Assembly (NCBI RefSeq): GCF_902652985.1
Contig: NC_047033.1
Span: forward strand, 13,020,001 to 13,084,000
Length of the DNA stretch: 64,000 bases
Source of the DNA: Pecten maximus
Taxonomy: Eukaryota
Reading direction: 5' to 3'
Shown: positions 26,929-39,334 of the stretch, piece by piece
How the letters are laid out: the number at the start of each line of letters is the position of its first letter
How positions within the stretch are numbered: the stretch's first letter is position 1
Translations under genes and position numbers: made by a program
The notes under the pieces: generated by a model
Database searches by the model: none
What the model was told of the DNA's origin: nothing
The model's input: the letters and a program-made list of their open reading frames with translations, nothing else

Positions 26929-27858
26929 ATATTGCCATTGTCGAATATCCTCTATTTACATTGTTACAAAAGAAATGTATAGAGTATCTGTTTCTATATA
27001 AATGCATCTTTTTATATCAATAAAATGAAATCTTATATTGATATCAAGTGTTATACTAGAGGGATTTAAGTATGGAAACGAAACAATAAATGTAAAATCT
27101 TTATGGACGATGCTTCATGTATATTACCAAAATAATTTGTAACACACATTTGTGTTGGTAATATTTATTTTAGTAACATCGACTTTGAATAAAATAAATC
27201 AGACAATATTAGCCGTTATCTAAACATAGCTAATAAATACCTGACTGCTGGAGGTAAAACATACAGGGAAATAAAGAGTAATGGTCAAATCATTTCTTTT
27301 ATTTAGCTGATTTTGCCCATATTACTACGGCTAGTGTACAACAGTAATTAAACTTGGATGTTTTATTCAAAATATTAACAATGTGTTAAAGTTGACATTC
27401 AAAACACAAATTTCTCAAAACTTCGTGATGGAATAATAATCACCGTGATATCAGCACAATAACCCTAAGATGTAAGATAATATAGAAAAATGAGTACACA
27501 TCACTTAGTTTCGTCTTTACATTTAATGAGTGGCATTTCAGTGTGATAACACTATAAAAACGGACACTGTCTGGGTATGACCTGAGTGTCCATAAGATGT
27601 AAACCATTAGAAAATCCAACTGTGACATTCCTCTTAACTGAATGTTTGAATACGACAGAGAATAACTTATTCAAAGACCAATAATTCATAAAATATAAAC
27701 AAACAAAAAATAAAACATAAATAAATCATACAAAAAACAATTGTTTGATTTAACAAATGTGTGAGATATTTTCAACATTCACGTTAGTTTCAATCCTACA
27801 GAAATATGTTGTACATATATTCATCATTACGCTAACCTAACCCGATAAATCTCTATGA

Positions 27859-27959
27859 TAAAAATTACCACATTTATAGAATATCATTCATGGTCAGTAT
27901 GATTTACAATTTGAGTGTTTAAAAATTACCACATTTATAGAATATCATTCATGGTCAGT
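27859..27959. repeat. Exact 40-bp direct duplication
   Basis: TAAAAATTACCACATTTATAGAATATCATTCATGGTCAGT at 27859-27898 and 27920-27959. Confidence 0.85.
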
Positions 27960-30180
27960 CAGTCTGGATACAGTTATCTACAATGAATATTTTATATGCA
28001 GAATTCTACCCAGTGCATGTAAAAAAATATTTTTTGAAGAAAGATTGATAGAATCTTGAGGTGTGATTGAGAAATATCCAACCTGCGGAATAAAGTCTTA
28101 CTGATGATTTGCCGAGAGACATTCAGTGATATCAGCTCGAAAAATGGAGATTCTCTGTCACGTCCTCAAAGAAGGGGATGGTTGTTTCAATCCCATAATA
28201 CTATTTTAATTACGCTGAGTCCGATTTTTCCAATATTTGAAAAATATATTGCAATATATTGTTGCGAGAACGTGTGATCTGCCATACCTCAGGGGTCGAA
28301 AAAAAATCTTGAGCAAGTGAAACTGTAGACAAATCTGAATAATGGGAGAGGGAAAAAGTCATTCTAATTCTGCTGATGACATCAATTGATCTACCCTTAG
28401 CTGACCCAATACCTAGTTTTTCAATAGGAGATGATAGACACGTTTGGCTTTCCGGGGGGAAAGCCAACCCACAAAACAAACAACTTGACACGTTGTTCAA
28501 AAGCATTGTTCGCTTTCTGGAATTTAAATGAGAAATGTTAATCTTGTCAGCTTTCATTAACATTATTAATATGCACATATTATATAGTTTCAGAAATGAA
28601 TCGGTTCATAAGAGAAAAAAATGTTAAAACGCGTAATGAATATCTGTTACTGAAATATACGCAAAGGTTTGAGAATATTATTAAACGGAGAGAGAAATAT
28701 ATGTTTAAATACCATCTGACCTGGCTCAGGGGTGGACATTTCTCTGTTGTCGTGACGTGAATCAATACATAAATCCGTAATGTATTATTGCTAAATGTCT
28801 TCACTTCAGACCACTTTCACTGGTCAATGAAGTTGGAGTCCTTATGGGTCAAACATATTCGTGCGAACATGACAATCCCACCTACTAATGGCTTGTATGT
28901 CAGATAAACAGAACCTTACATTGGTCTGTTCCGTGGATAGCAATTTCTCTTATCCTGGACAGGGATTTTCCACAATTTTACCTATGTGAGATTTTCTTAC
29001 CTCATCCAAGGGTTGAGGCTCTTTGAACGTTCTCAACAATTGCATGTCTAGCGCATTATGCCATGTTTGTCTGCAAAGCTCTGTCATTTATATCGAACAG
29101 AGATGCCATATCAAGACAGTTTAATGCTTATATTTACGTTTGATGAATTGTTTTTATTTGAAAAATATGTTGGTTTCGACTTATAATTTAAATTTCCTGC
29201 CTTATCGTCAATCGCGAAATTATACCGTTTCAAAACTGGAACAGCCTTTCTTCTCACGTGCAGATTGCCACACAAAATAGTGCATACAAAAACGACAAAA
29301 ATAATGATATTGGTTTTCACAATGTTTTATTTATTATCATATTTGCTTTATTTGATGTGTTTTTGTCGATATTATACCATTTAGTTTAGTTGTTTCAAAT
29401 GTCTTGTGTTTGGTCACTCAGGAGTTCAGAGTTCGATTCACATTGGCCGCCATCTTTGTTTACATTGTAAATGTATTCTTACGCACTGGCATCATGGCAT
29501 GCTTTGGGTGTCAGTTATACTCTCATAGACAACACTTTGTTTTGGTTAGTTTATTTAGTGACATTGCCAGACAAATGTAAATATCAGATTATAAACAAAG
29601 TAAGGGGAAAATAATCATTCATCCCAGTGAGACAGGGGCCCTCGACAAGCCTCATGTTTGGCACCTTAAGAGTCTGGTTCTCTACAATGTTTTTTGTGGC
29701 AAGGTTTATCCGCTAATCTGACTTATACTGAAAATAATTGCATTTACAGTATACAGATGTATGGGATATGTATATCATTTTCTTGGGTATATGACGTTTT
29801 AGTGATGTAGATTATTACAGAACTACTTTCATACGAAATGGAAGTAGAATATATAGTAAGATGAAAAAGATGAAAAGCAAGAACAGATTTCGCGGGAGTT
29901 TTAATCTACGAAAATATGGCTTAATCTGCACTTAGCAGATGACATCGAATTTATTTTAGGAAAATAAATCATTAATCAGTACAACGTAAGTATGTTTGAA
30001 CAAATAAACACGCAATCTACATATGGAGATGTATTGAAACTTTACTGACTACTATACAACACGACACGATATGATAAGTTAATTATATGGTTGAGTGAAT
30101 ACCAAATATCCTAAGTAAATCCCTGTATGTTTTTTACATTGCTTTTTATATATGGTGTTGTTTCAGATAACGTTGTCGCC

Positions 30181-30274
30181 ATGGTTACTAGGTGGACGGT
30201 TGTGTTGGTCGTCATGGCTTTGACTCTTATTACACAAGGAGCGTCCATGTCTCTCTCATTATACCAACAACAAG
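30181..30274 (+). CDS. Mucin B coding exon 1: signal peptide MVTRWTVVLVVMALTLITQGAS...
   Basis: Acceptor tttcag at 30166, GCC ATG G context, donor G|GTAGG phase 1. Confidence 0.88.
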
Positions 30275-33200
30275 GTAGGTCTCGGCCAAGTTCCGGACAT
30301 ACGTCCCTTTCTGCAACTCCAGATTTCGTCTCATATTTCCTTCCGGATTTCTCGTTTGGTCCCAACCTTTTTACTTTTTTTTTTCAGAATATGATAAATG
30401 TTACCAAGTATGCCCTACTACAACAACAACAACAACGACGACGACGACCACAACAACTCCTACAACCACAACAACACCAACCACAACTCCTACAACCACA
30501 ACAACACCAACAACAACTCCTACAACCACAACAACACCAACCACAACTCCGACAACCACAACTACAACACCTACAACCACCACAACACCGACGACAACAA
30601 CAACACCGACGACAACAACAACACCGACGACGACAACAACAACTCCGACGACAACAACAACTCCGACGACAACAACAACAACAACACCGACAACAACAAC
30701 AACAACAACAACAACACCGACAACAACAACACCGACAACAACAACAACAACAACACCGACGACAACAACAACATCTACAACCACCACAACACCGACGACG
30801 ACAACAACAACCACTACAACACCGACGACGACAGCAACAACCACGACTACAACACCTCCAACTACCACAACGACTGCGACAGCAACTACACCGTCTACGA
30901 CTAAAGCTACAACCACTTCACCGACAACTACCGCAAGTAATTGTTTTCTAGAATGCCGTACAGCTTCTTCGGAAAATATCAGCAAACCAACAGCTATACC
31001 AATTTTACCAAACTCCACAGGTACGGTAACTAACGTACTACGAACTACAAAAGTTTTGACAATGACTCCTACAAGCCAAATGGCATTAACACCAACACAG
31101 GTCACAAAAAATACGACCCCGCTCAAGGTGACTGTAACCCCAGTACAGTTGACTAAACCTACTCTACTTAACCCAACAAACACAAACTGTGTTAAGGTAT
31201 GTCGTTCATCGACATTGTCAACAACAACTACCACCACTACTCCGACAACTACAGTAACAACGACACCAACAACTACTACAACTCCGACAACTACTACAAC
31301 TCCGACAACTACAACCACCACCACACCTACAACAACCACGACACCAACAACTATTACAACTCCGACAACTACAACAACTCCGACAACTACTACAACTCCG
31401 ACAACTACTACAACTCCGACAACTACTACAACTCCGACAACTACAACCACCACCACACCTACAACAACCACGACACCAACAACTACAACTACCACGACAC
31501 CAACAACTACAACTACCACCACGACGCCTACAACTACTACAACTCCGACAACTACAACAACTCCGACAACTACAACAACTCCGACAACTACAACAACTCC
31601 GACAACTACAACCACCACGACGCCTACAACTACTACAACTCCGACAACTACAACAACTTCGACAACTACAACAACTCCGACGACTACAACAACTCCGACA
31701 ACTACAACCACCACGACGCCTACAACTACCACCACGCCTACAACTACAACAACTCCGACAACTACAACTCCGACAACTACAACCACCACGACGCCTACAA
31801 CAACTCCGACAACTACAACCACCACGACGCCTACAACTACCACCACTCCGACAACTACAACAACTCCAACAACTACAACAACTCCGACAACTACAACAAC
31901 TCCGACAACTACAACCACCACAACGCCTACAACTACTACAACTCCGACAACTACCACAACACCAACAACTACGACCACCACAACACCGACAACTACAACA
32001 ACCACCACTCCGACAACTACTACAACTCCGACAACTACCACAACACCAACAACTACCACAACACCAACAACTACGACCACCACCACTCCGACAACTATAA
32101 CAACTCCGACAACTACGACCACCACCACTCCGACAACTACAACAACTCCGACAACTACAACAACCACCACTCCGACAACTACTACAACTCCGACAACTAC
32201 AACAACCACCACTCCGACAACTACAACAACACCGACAACTACAACAACCACCACTCCGACAACTACTACAACTCCGACAACTACCACAACACCAACAACT
32301 ACCACAACACCGACAACTACAACCACCACCACTCCGACAACTACCACAACACCAACAACTACAACAACCACCACTCCGACAACTACCACAACACCAACAA
32401 CTACAACAACCACCACTCCGACAACTACTACAACTCCGACAACTACCACAACACCGACAACTACAACAACGACCACGCCAACAACTACTAAAACTACAAC
32501 ATCCACCACGCCAACGACTACAACGACTCCGACAACTACAAAAACTACTACTCCAACCAAAACGCCAACAGCTTCCACCACCACCACCACTTCTTCAACT
32601 ACCATGCCACTCGCTTCTACTACACATTGTGTTAAAGTTTGTCGATCAACATCACCCCCGATGCCTATATCGTCTTTGACCTCAAATCAACCGACATTCA
32701 CGTCAAAACTTATGCCTGTTCAACAGCCAAAGTTGACAACTCCGACGACAGCAATTACTGTAACATCAAAAGGAAATACATCACCGAATACTATTATAAA
32801 CACCCCCAAGACAACGTCGTCAACTAACCATACGACAGAATGTGTACAGGTTTGTAGAACCACTTCACACACGACACCAACTACTTCAACATCGACAACA
32901 ACTCCGACAACTACAACAACTCCGACAACTACAACAACTCCGACAACTACAACATCTCCGACAACAGTAACCACCACAACACCGACAACCACAACTACAA
33001 CATCTCCTACTACAACCAGCACAAAACCAACAACTACCACAACCACACCGACAACTACTACTCCATCAACTACAACCACTACGTCTACAACTACTACCAC
33101 TCCATCAACTACTACAACCACAACGCCAACAACAACAACTCCTACAACTACAACAACTCCGACAACTACAACAGCTCCGACGACTACAACCACCACCACG

Positions 33201-35482
33201 CCTACAACTACTACCACTCCAACAACTACAACCACAACACCAACAACTACAACTACACCGACAACTACCACAACAACCACGCCCACAACTACAACATCAA
33301 CAACCACCACTACCACTACTCCAACAACTACAACCACAACAACACCAACAACAACCACACCAACTACAACTACAATAGATTGTGTAAAGGTTTGCCGATC
33401 CTGGGGCAGAACTCCATTATTTCCGACCACACCGGACAAAAAGCCAGTCACCACTGTACCGTCTCCATACAGCAATAAGACTCCTCTCTGGGGTAGGTTA
33501 TCTCTTAAACTACCATTACTGTAAACGTCCATATCTTGGCGCACACATATTTTAGCGCAAACTTCTCATTAAAATAGTGCCAAAATCGCTAAAATTAAAT
33601 TATCGCTAAGATATGTATCTTTGTGTTTTTTTATGATCTGGATGAAAATAAGAAATCCTTTGGCACCTTTATGCGTGTATTTATATTTTTGATCTTTATG
33701 CAGTGTTAAATTGAACAATTGTTTCAAGGTAAAAATGGAAGAATATTTAACTTCAATAAACATTTTCCAAACATGCATATTTTGGGAAACGATTTTCTTG
33801 ATGTGTAATTTACATGAACTATCATAAAAATAACACCTCTATCATCACCAACCATTTTTTAAATTGTAAAATACAATTGTTGAGCGTATGCTTTATAAAT
33901 ATGTTTTGTTTATTTTTGGGAGTGATTTATTTTCAGAATCTGCCTTATTTGTTTTACCGTTTACCATATCTTTTGATATTAAATGGGATGATGACTACCT
34001 CCAGAAGGAGTCTGATCAATACCGGGATCTTTCTAGGAAGGTCATAGATCTGGTAAGACACGCAATACAGTAAAATAGCTTGATATGCAAATATAGAATA
34101 AAAAGGGAATATATATAAAAGAATTATTACATTTTCAGTTTTGTGTCAGATGCCGATTGGTCTACATCTTATCGCGTGTTATCCCAGGTTACATCGAATT
34201 GAATTCGCTCGTGCGGGCGTTCTGTGACGTTGCATAGTTTCATCCAATCATATTTGTCAGACACATTCCGTCAAGTTGCGGGAGAGTGCAACATGTTTTA
34301 TGAAATATGCTGTATCTATGACGTTGCGGTGGATTTATGTAATAAAATGCATTTCCAATGGCAAGGGATCATGCCTTCAGCATTTGCATGTTCTGCCATG
34401 TTCTGGTTTTGCTACAGAAATGAAAGGACACAGTTATGACACTTTGTTTCTGTCTAATTGATGACTTATGGAGTTAAGATAACCAGTATCAACCTCGGCC
34501 GGATATTGGTCATCTTCGATTTTACGTACACTACTGACAATTGTCGACAGTATAAGCCAAGTTGTATTCTTTCTTATTTTACAGTTGGAGACGATTTATA
34601 AAGACATTCCAGGTTTCAGAAAAATTACCATTGTTCATTACAGGTACAAACGTTACACAATTAGTATTGTATTCAAAGTTTGTTATGATTTAGTGCTATA
34701 TAGTTTAAAGTAGATGTGCATATATATGAATAAGTCATAACTTTACTTTAAAAGAGTAACATTGATTCCAAGCTACAAAGACAACTATAGTAACAATGCT
34801 ATGAAATCTACCACATCTTCAACTACATACGCTCAATACAACCTTGTATTCATTTATTTGTTTATTTTAAACTTCAATTTAAACATTTTTATTGCTATAG
34901 ATAATAGTATTTTTTTTAGAATTTTACATTTGGACTTTTTTTTCTCACTAATACATACTTATTCCTTAAAGAGCAACATACGCTAACACGATTTTTAATT
35001 CCTCATTAGTTTTTCCATTATTTCAATTGTATCCGCAGGCATGGCAGCGTGGTTTGCACATACGCTGTGAATTTGGACGCGACGTCACAGCGAGATAAAA
35101 CATGGGCAACAACTCTTGTTAGATTACAGACAGTTCAAAACCAAATGGACTCCTGGAGTACTGTCCACAATGTAGGAACTCTCGTTCCTGGATATATCAG
35201 GAAAAACCGCCCAGCTGAATATGCACAAGGTATTTAAAAACGATACGTGGGTGGCCGTTACCCCCACCTGATATCGCTACAAAGATTCACGGCGGCAAAA
35301 TTAATGATATAACAACATTTTCATAAAACAAAATAATTTCGGTAATCCAAAAGCTATCTCCAGATAGATACTGAAAAAAACAGCATGCATTTAGGCACAA
35401 AATGAGAGGAAAATGTCAGAAAGACGAAAACAAACAAAACACACGCGCGCGTGCGCGCGCGCCAAAAAGCAAACACACAAAC

Positions 35483-35560
<78 letters not shown>

Positions 35561-38262
35561 AGCAAAACAAACAAAATTCATACACACAAAGAAACACAAA
35601 CAAAAGACAAAAACAGACAGGCTAGTATTCAGTTTTCTCATGTACTCGGAGTGTTTTGATCTTACAATTGTATGGTTCTGAATACGTAGTCAATTGGTTA
35701 CTAGGAAACGCGTAGTCAGGTCATCCGGGCATCTAGGAAAGGGTTCTAGAGGGGTCTCGGGTCAGCTTTCACATATGGAGTTCACCAGTGGCTGGAAGGA
35801 GGATAACATTAAGAAGATATTGCTTGTATTGTTTTTAGGGGATTTATAAAACATTCTCGCAACACTAAATGTAATGGTGTATTACATGAAGTGTCATTGT
35901 GTGTAAACTTTCGTTGTTTTCGTGGTTGCAATGGAACTGAGAATGTAAATAATTGTTGTATGTATTATTGTTATATTATTTGATGGACTTAACCACAAAA
36001 GAGTGTACCCAAAAAATAAGTTGAAAATTCCCTACAATATAAAGACGGCTATTTTACAATATCCCCCCTCCGGACTGGACAACTGACGGACATTATAGGG
36101 TTATCATCTGGGAACGAAACTGTGTCCAGAACCCTCATATTGTAATCATAGCAATGGAAAAACGTGTTTGTATGTTATATATCTGTATTAAAGTTCAAAT
36201 GATGTTATTGACCGATTTTTTCTTATTTTTATTTTATTTTTTTATTTGCAGCCCAAGTCATTGTTCAGTCTCCTTGTTTTGCCACGGGAATTTGTCCAGT
36301 TGGATATGACTGCCAATACACTGGGGGAGTAACGTCTTGCATTCATAAGTGTATGACTACCAATCCTTGTCAAAACGGAGCGGAATGTTACGTTAATGAA
36401 CAGAACAATATCGGTTGCAGGTGTGTAAAATCGAAAATCACTTAAAAGTCGACACTTCCCGAGGAATCAAAAACCGGAACTATAACAAAAGGCTAACATA
36501 ACAAATAGCATCACATCGTGACAGCAAGACTCCATCACGCCGACCGATGATAATCGGTGTACAGGTCGATTCGGCTTCTATTAATTTCAATTGTTACACC
36601 TCACTGCAATGGTCATTTATTCTATTGAAGGTTGCAGAGTAGTCACTCACACTTCACGCTTAAATCCCAAACTGGTTGTGATATATATTTATATAGTCTA
36701 TTCACACTCATACTTAACAACCAGAAGAACCTGATTTAAGATACAAGTTTGTAGGCGTTAGAGTTGTCTAACAAAATGTTCATGTAAACAATTGTTCATT
36801 CATTAGGTGTAAAACAAGTGACAAGTTTGTGTATTACGGGGACCATTGTGAAAACTCAGACGAACGCCTCAAGATGCAGTCTAAGTATATCATTCTCCTG
36901 GCGTGTGCTGGGGGCGCTGTCCTCCTCATAGCGCTTATCTGTGTGTGTTGTCTCTGTGTCAAACGAAGACCGAGGGAGAAGGGAGAGTACCAGTTTCAGT
37001 AAGTTCCCTGATCTATAATTAAATCATATATCAATGCGGATTACTGTAAATGTACTAATTTTGGTGCACTCAAATTTTAGGGCCCAACCGAATTTAAACA
37101 GACTAGCACAATGACGGATTAGCGTTTTACTTTTTTTTTTTTGCTTTTTTCCGATATATTCAATATGAAGGTCATCAGTTGTTCTTACGCATAATATCGC
37201 TGCTGACGGTTAAAAAAATATTATTAATTATTGTAGGGAACTCCGGGATTCGTACCACTATCCTCCAATAACGGACCTGGAGATCGACAATAGCTTCTCC
37301 GGTGCTGACAATCGGGCCTACCAGACGTCGTTTGTAAGGGAGGAAGTACCAGGATCATCTCATCGATTTTCGACCAACGAAGCAAGGGTAACGCGTGAAA
37401 AATATACCAAATTCTGATTATAGAAATAAAACGAAGCAAGGGTAACGCGTGAAAAATATACCAAATTCTGATTATAGAAATAAAACGAAATAAGGGTAAC
37501 GCGTGAAAAATATACCAAATTATAATTATAGAAATAAAACGAAATAAGGGTAACGCGTGAAAAATATACCAAATTCTGATTATAGAAATAAAACGAAATA
37601 AGGGTAACGCGTGAAAAATATACCAAATTATAATTATAGAAATAAAACGAAATAAGGGTAACGCGTGAAAAATATACCAAATTCTGATTATAGAAATAAA
37701 ACGAAATAAGGGTAACGCGTGAAAAATATACCAAATTCTGATTATAGAAATAAAACGAAGCAAGGGTAACGCGTGAAAAATATACCAAATTCTGATTATA
37801 GAAATAAAACGAAATAAGGGCAGCACGTGAAAAAAGAAAAACAAAAACAAAAAAAAACGTGAAAAATATGCAAAATTCCAATTAAAGAAATGATCATAGT
37901 ATAATAATAATATACGTTTTGCTCCATTGTTAAGTGTCAAAATATGGCTATTTTGGTTTCATGTGAACTTCAAATTATCACTTATCATCATTATATTACC
38001 AGCATAAGGGCAAAACAGACAGAAGTTTACAAATGAGAATCGGCAGAGCAATTGCATAAGAAATGTGTTGTTCTATCGGGCTGCAACTAAAGCGCTACAT
38101 TGTCATAAACAATTATGTAGCATGGCGTGAAAGCCAAATCACGGAAACAACCGATATGTTATGTTATACTTAATGAACAAAACATATATTTAAGACTCTA
38201 TTTAAAAAAAAAAGAAGTTTGTTATTATATCTAATAGTGTTCTTTTATTATTTCAGATTTAA
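30181..38262 (+). CDS. Transmembrane SEA/EGF mucin, paralog B, 9 coding exons, ~1360 aa
   Basis: Manual splice: 30181-30274, 30388-33492, 33937-34052, 34585-34643, 35039-35229, 36252-36420, 36807-36998, 37237-37387, 38257-38262 (4083 nt). All GT-AG, with the same phases as paralog A (1,1,0,2,1,2,2,0). Confidence 0.92.
30388..33492 (+). CDS. Mucin B exon 2: ~1035 aa PTS domain of P(T)5/P(T)7 repeats with six CxxxC motifs
   Basis: Acceptor after a long T tract, reads EYDKCYQVCPTTT..., in frame with ORF 31056-33524; donor TGG G|GTAGG. Confidence 0.93.
33937..34052 (+). CDS. Mucin B exon 3: SEA N-part
   Basis: ESALFVLPFTISFDIKWDDDYLQKESDQYRDLSRKVIDL; 116 nt. Confidence 0.92.
34585..34643 (+). 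CDS. Mucin B exon 4: SEA
   Basis: LETIYKDIPGFRKITIVHY; 59 nt. Confidence 0.9.
35039..35229 (+). CDS. Mucin B exon 5: SEA C-part with GSVV
   Basis: (R)HGSVVCTYAVNL...NRPAEYAQ; overlaps ORF 35049-35237. Confidence 0.92.
35439..35560. repeat. Compound microsatellite: (GC)n-like tract, (CA)~24, (CAA)~10
   Basis: Directly visible; intronic in mucin B. Confidence 0.92.
36252..36420 (+). CDS. Mucin B exon 6: Cys-rich / EGF-like
   Basis: QSPCFATGICPVGYDC...CIHKCMTTNPCQNGAECYVNEQNNIGC; 169 nt. Confidence 0.93.
36807..36998 (+). CDS. Mucin B exon 7: EGF end + TM helix
   Basis: CKTSDKFVYYGDHCENSDERL...YIILLACAGGAVLLIALICVCCLCVKRRP...GEYQF; 192 nt. Confidence 0.93.
37237..37387 (+). CDS. Mucin B exon 8: cytoplasmic tail ending ...STNEAR
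   Basis: ttgtag| ELRDSYHYPP...ADNRAY...TNEAR |GTAACG; homologous to A exon 8. Confidence 0.85.
37377..37834 (+). repeat. 54-bp minisatellite, 8 full copies plus a partial, containing the exon-8 end and splice donor
   Basis: Unit ACGAAGCAAGG|GTAACGCGTGAAAAATATACCAAATTCTGATTATAGAAATAAA; GGGTAACG recurs at 37386+54n up to 37764. Confidence 0.95.
38257..38262 (+). CDS. Mucin B terminal coding exon: Ile + stop (ATT TAA)
   Basis: Acceptor tcttttattatttcag|ATTTAA; gives the same EARI* end as A; AATAAA at 38694. Confidence 0.7.
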   Translation: M

Positions 38263-39334
38263 ACAAAACAATTGTAATGGATTGAGTTGAAATGAGGTTG
38301 CTATTTATGCGTGTATTCAATATAGTAGCACCAATCCATATGTTTCTCACGTCAAAAAGGTGACGAAATCATGGGTAAAGATACCGTTAAAAAATGCAGG
38401 CTTAGACTTTAAGCTATCCTCATGGACGAATTCAATGTCAAACTGCAGCAGAATATCTTGTTTGTGATCTTTATCATATTAATTACTTGTTAATTGTCAA
38501 AGTAGGTATTATCGCATCAAAACAGCTATATATGTGAGGTGGGGGTTAATCTGGGAAAACGCTACTTATAATGCCAACTTAAAAGTATGTCATTCATTTA
38601 CTATTTTGTAAGGCCGTGTGTTTTGCCAAGACCTTAATGAAAACATTTTTGGAATGTAAAAATACAATAAGCGGACAAATTTGTCCGTGTTCCAATAAAC
38701 AGCATATGATAATTCTATTATAGTGTCTTAAACATTTACTGTAATTCAAATAGATTAAGATTTTATAGTAAAACTTATGTAAAAAAAACCCACATTATCC
38801 CCCTCCCCGATCCCTTCTTCATTCTCATGTTTAAAAGGGAGTGTATTTTATATGTAATTGTATAAACAAATGTTCATATATTTTCTTAATATAGAAAACG
38901 AGATGTTTTGTGTTACCTTTCTGTTTATGCCATTCTCAGTTTTGAACAGTATTGCATATTTTTTACCAATACGAATTGTTCTCGTGTCGGTCAGGAATTG
39001 TTATTAAGCACTTGTGTATATGTTTGGTTTCCAAATTAGTTGTTCTTTTTTATGTATTTTAATGTAAAATCCTTAATACAATACCCTATTTATATTGTAT
39101 GTGATAAATATAGACCTATGTATTTTGGTGTATTGACATGCCGTTGATATATATCACTTGATAACTTTATACTTCTATTTTAATATTTTATATCGTTAAA
39201 TACGTAAGCTATTAATTAAGATATATACATATCTGTGTGTATGAGTGCGTTGGAAAGTAGGTATACATTGTTAGATTTTAATGTCTAATGATCCAAATTT
39301 TGGAATAATTTATCAGACAGCTCAAATGTATCCT

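Noticed and set aside
30401-33544. Long minus-strand poly-Val/Gly ORFs (734 aa, 274 aa) and alternative-frame poly-Gln or Asn/Asp/Tyr ORFs
   Set aside because: Shadows of ACN-rich Thr codons. Only the Thr/Pro frame joins the signal-peptide and SEA exons via canonical splice sites.
35354-35681. ORFs with HT/CV/poly-Q repeats
   Set aside because: Translations of an intronic microsatellite.
37224-37940. Minus-strand hydrophobic repeat ORFs (238 aa, 173 aa)
   Set aside because: Products of the 54-bp minisatellite, antisense to mucin B exon 8 and its intron.
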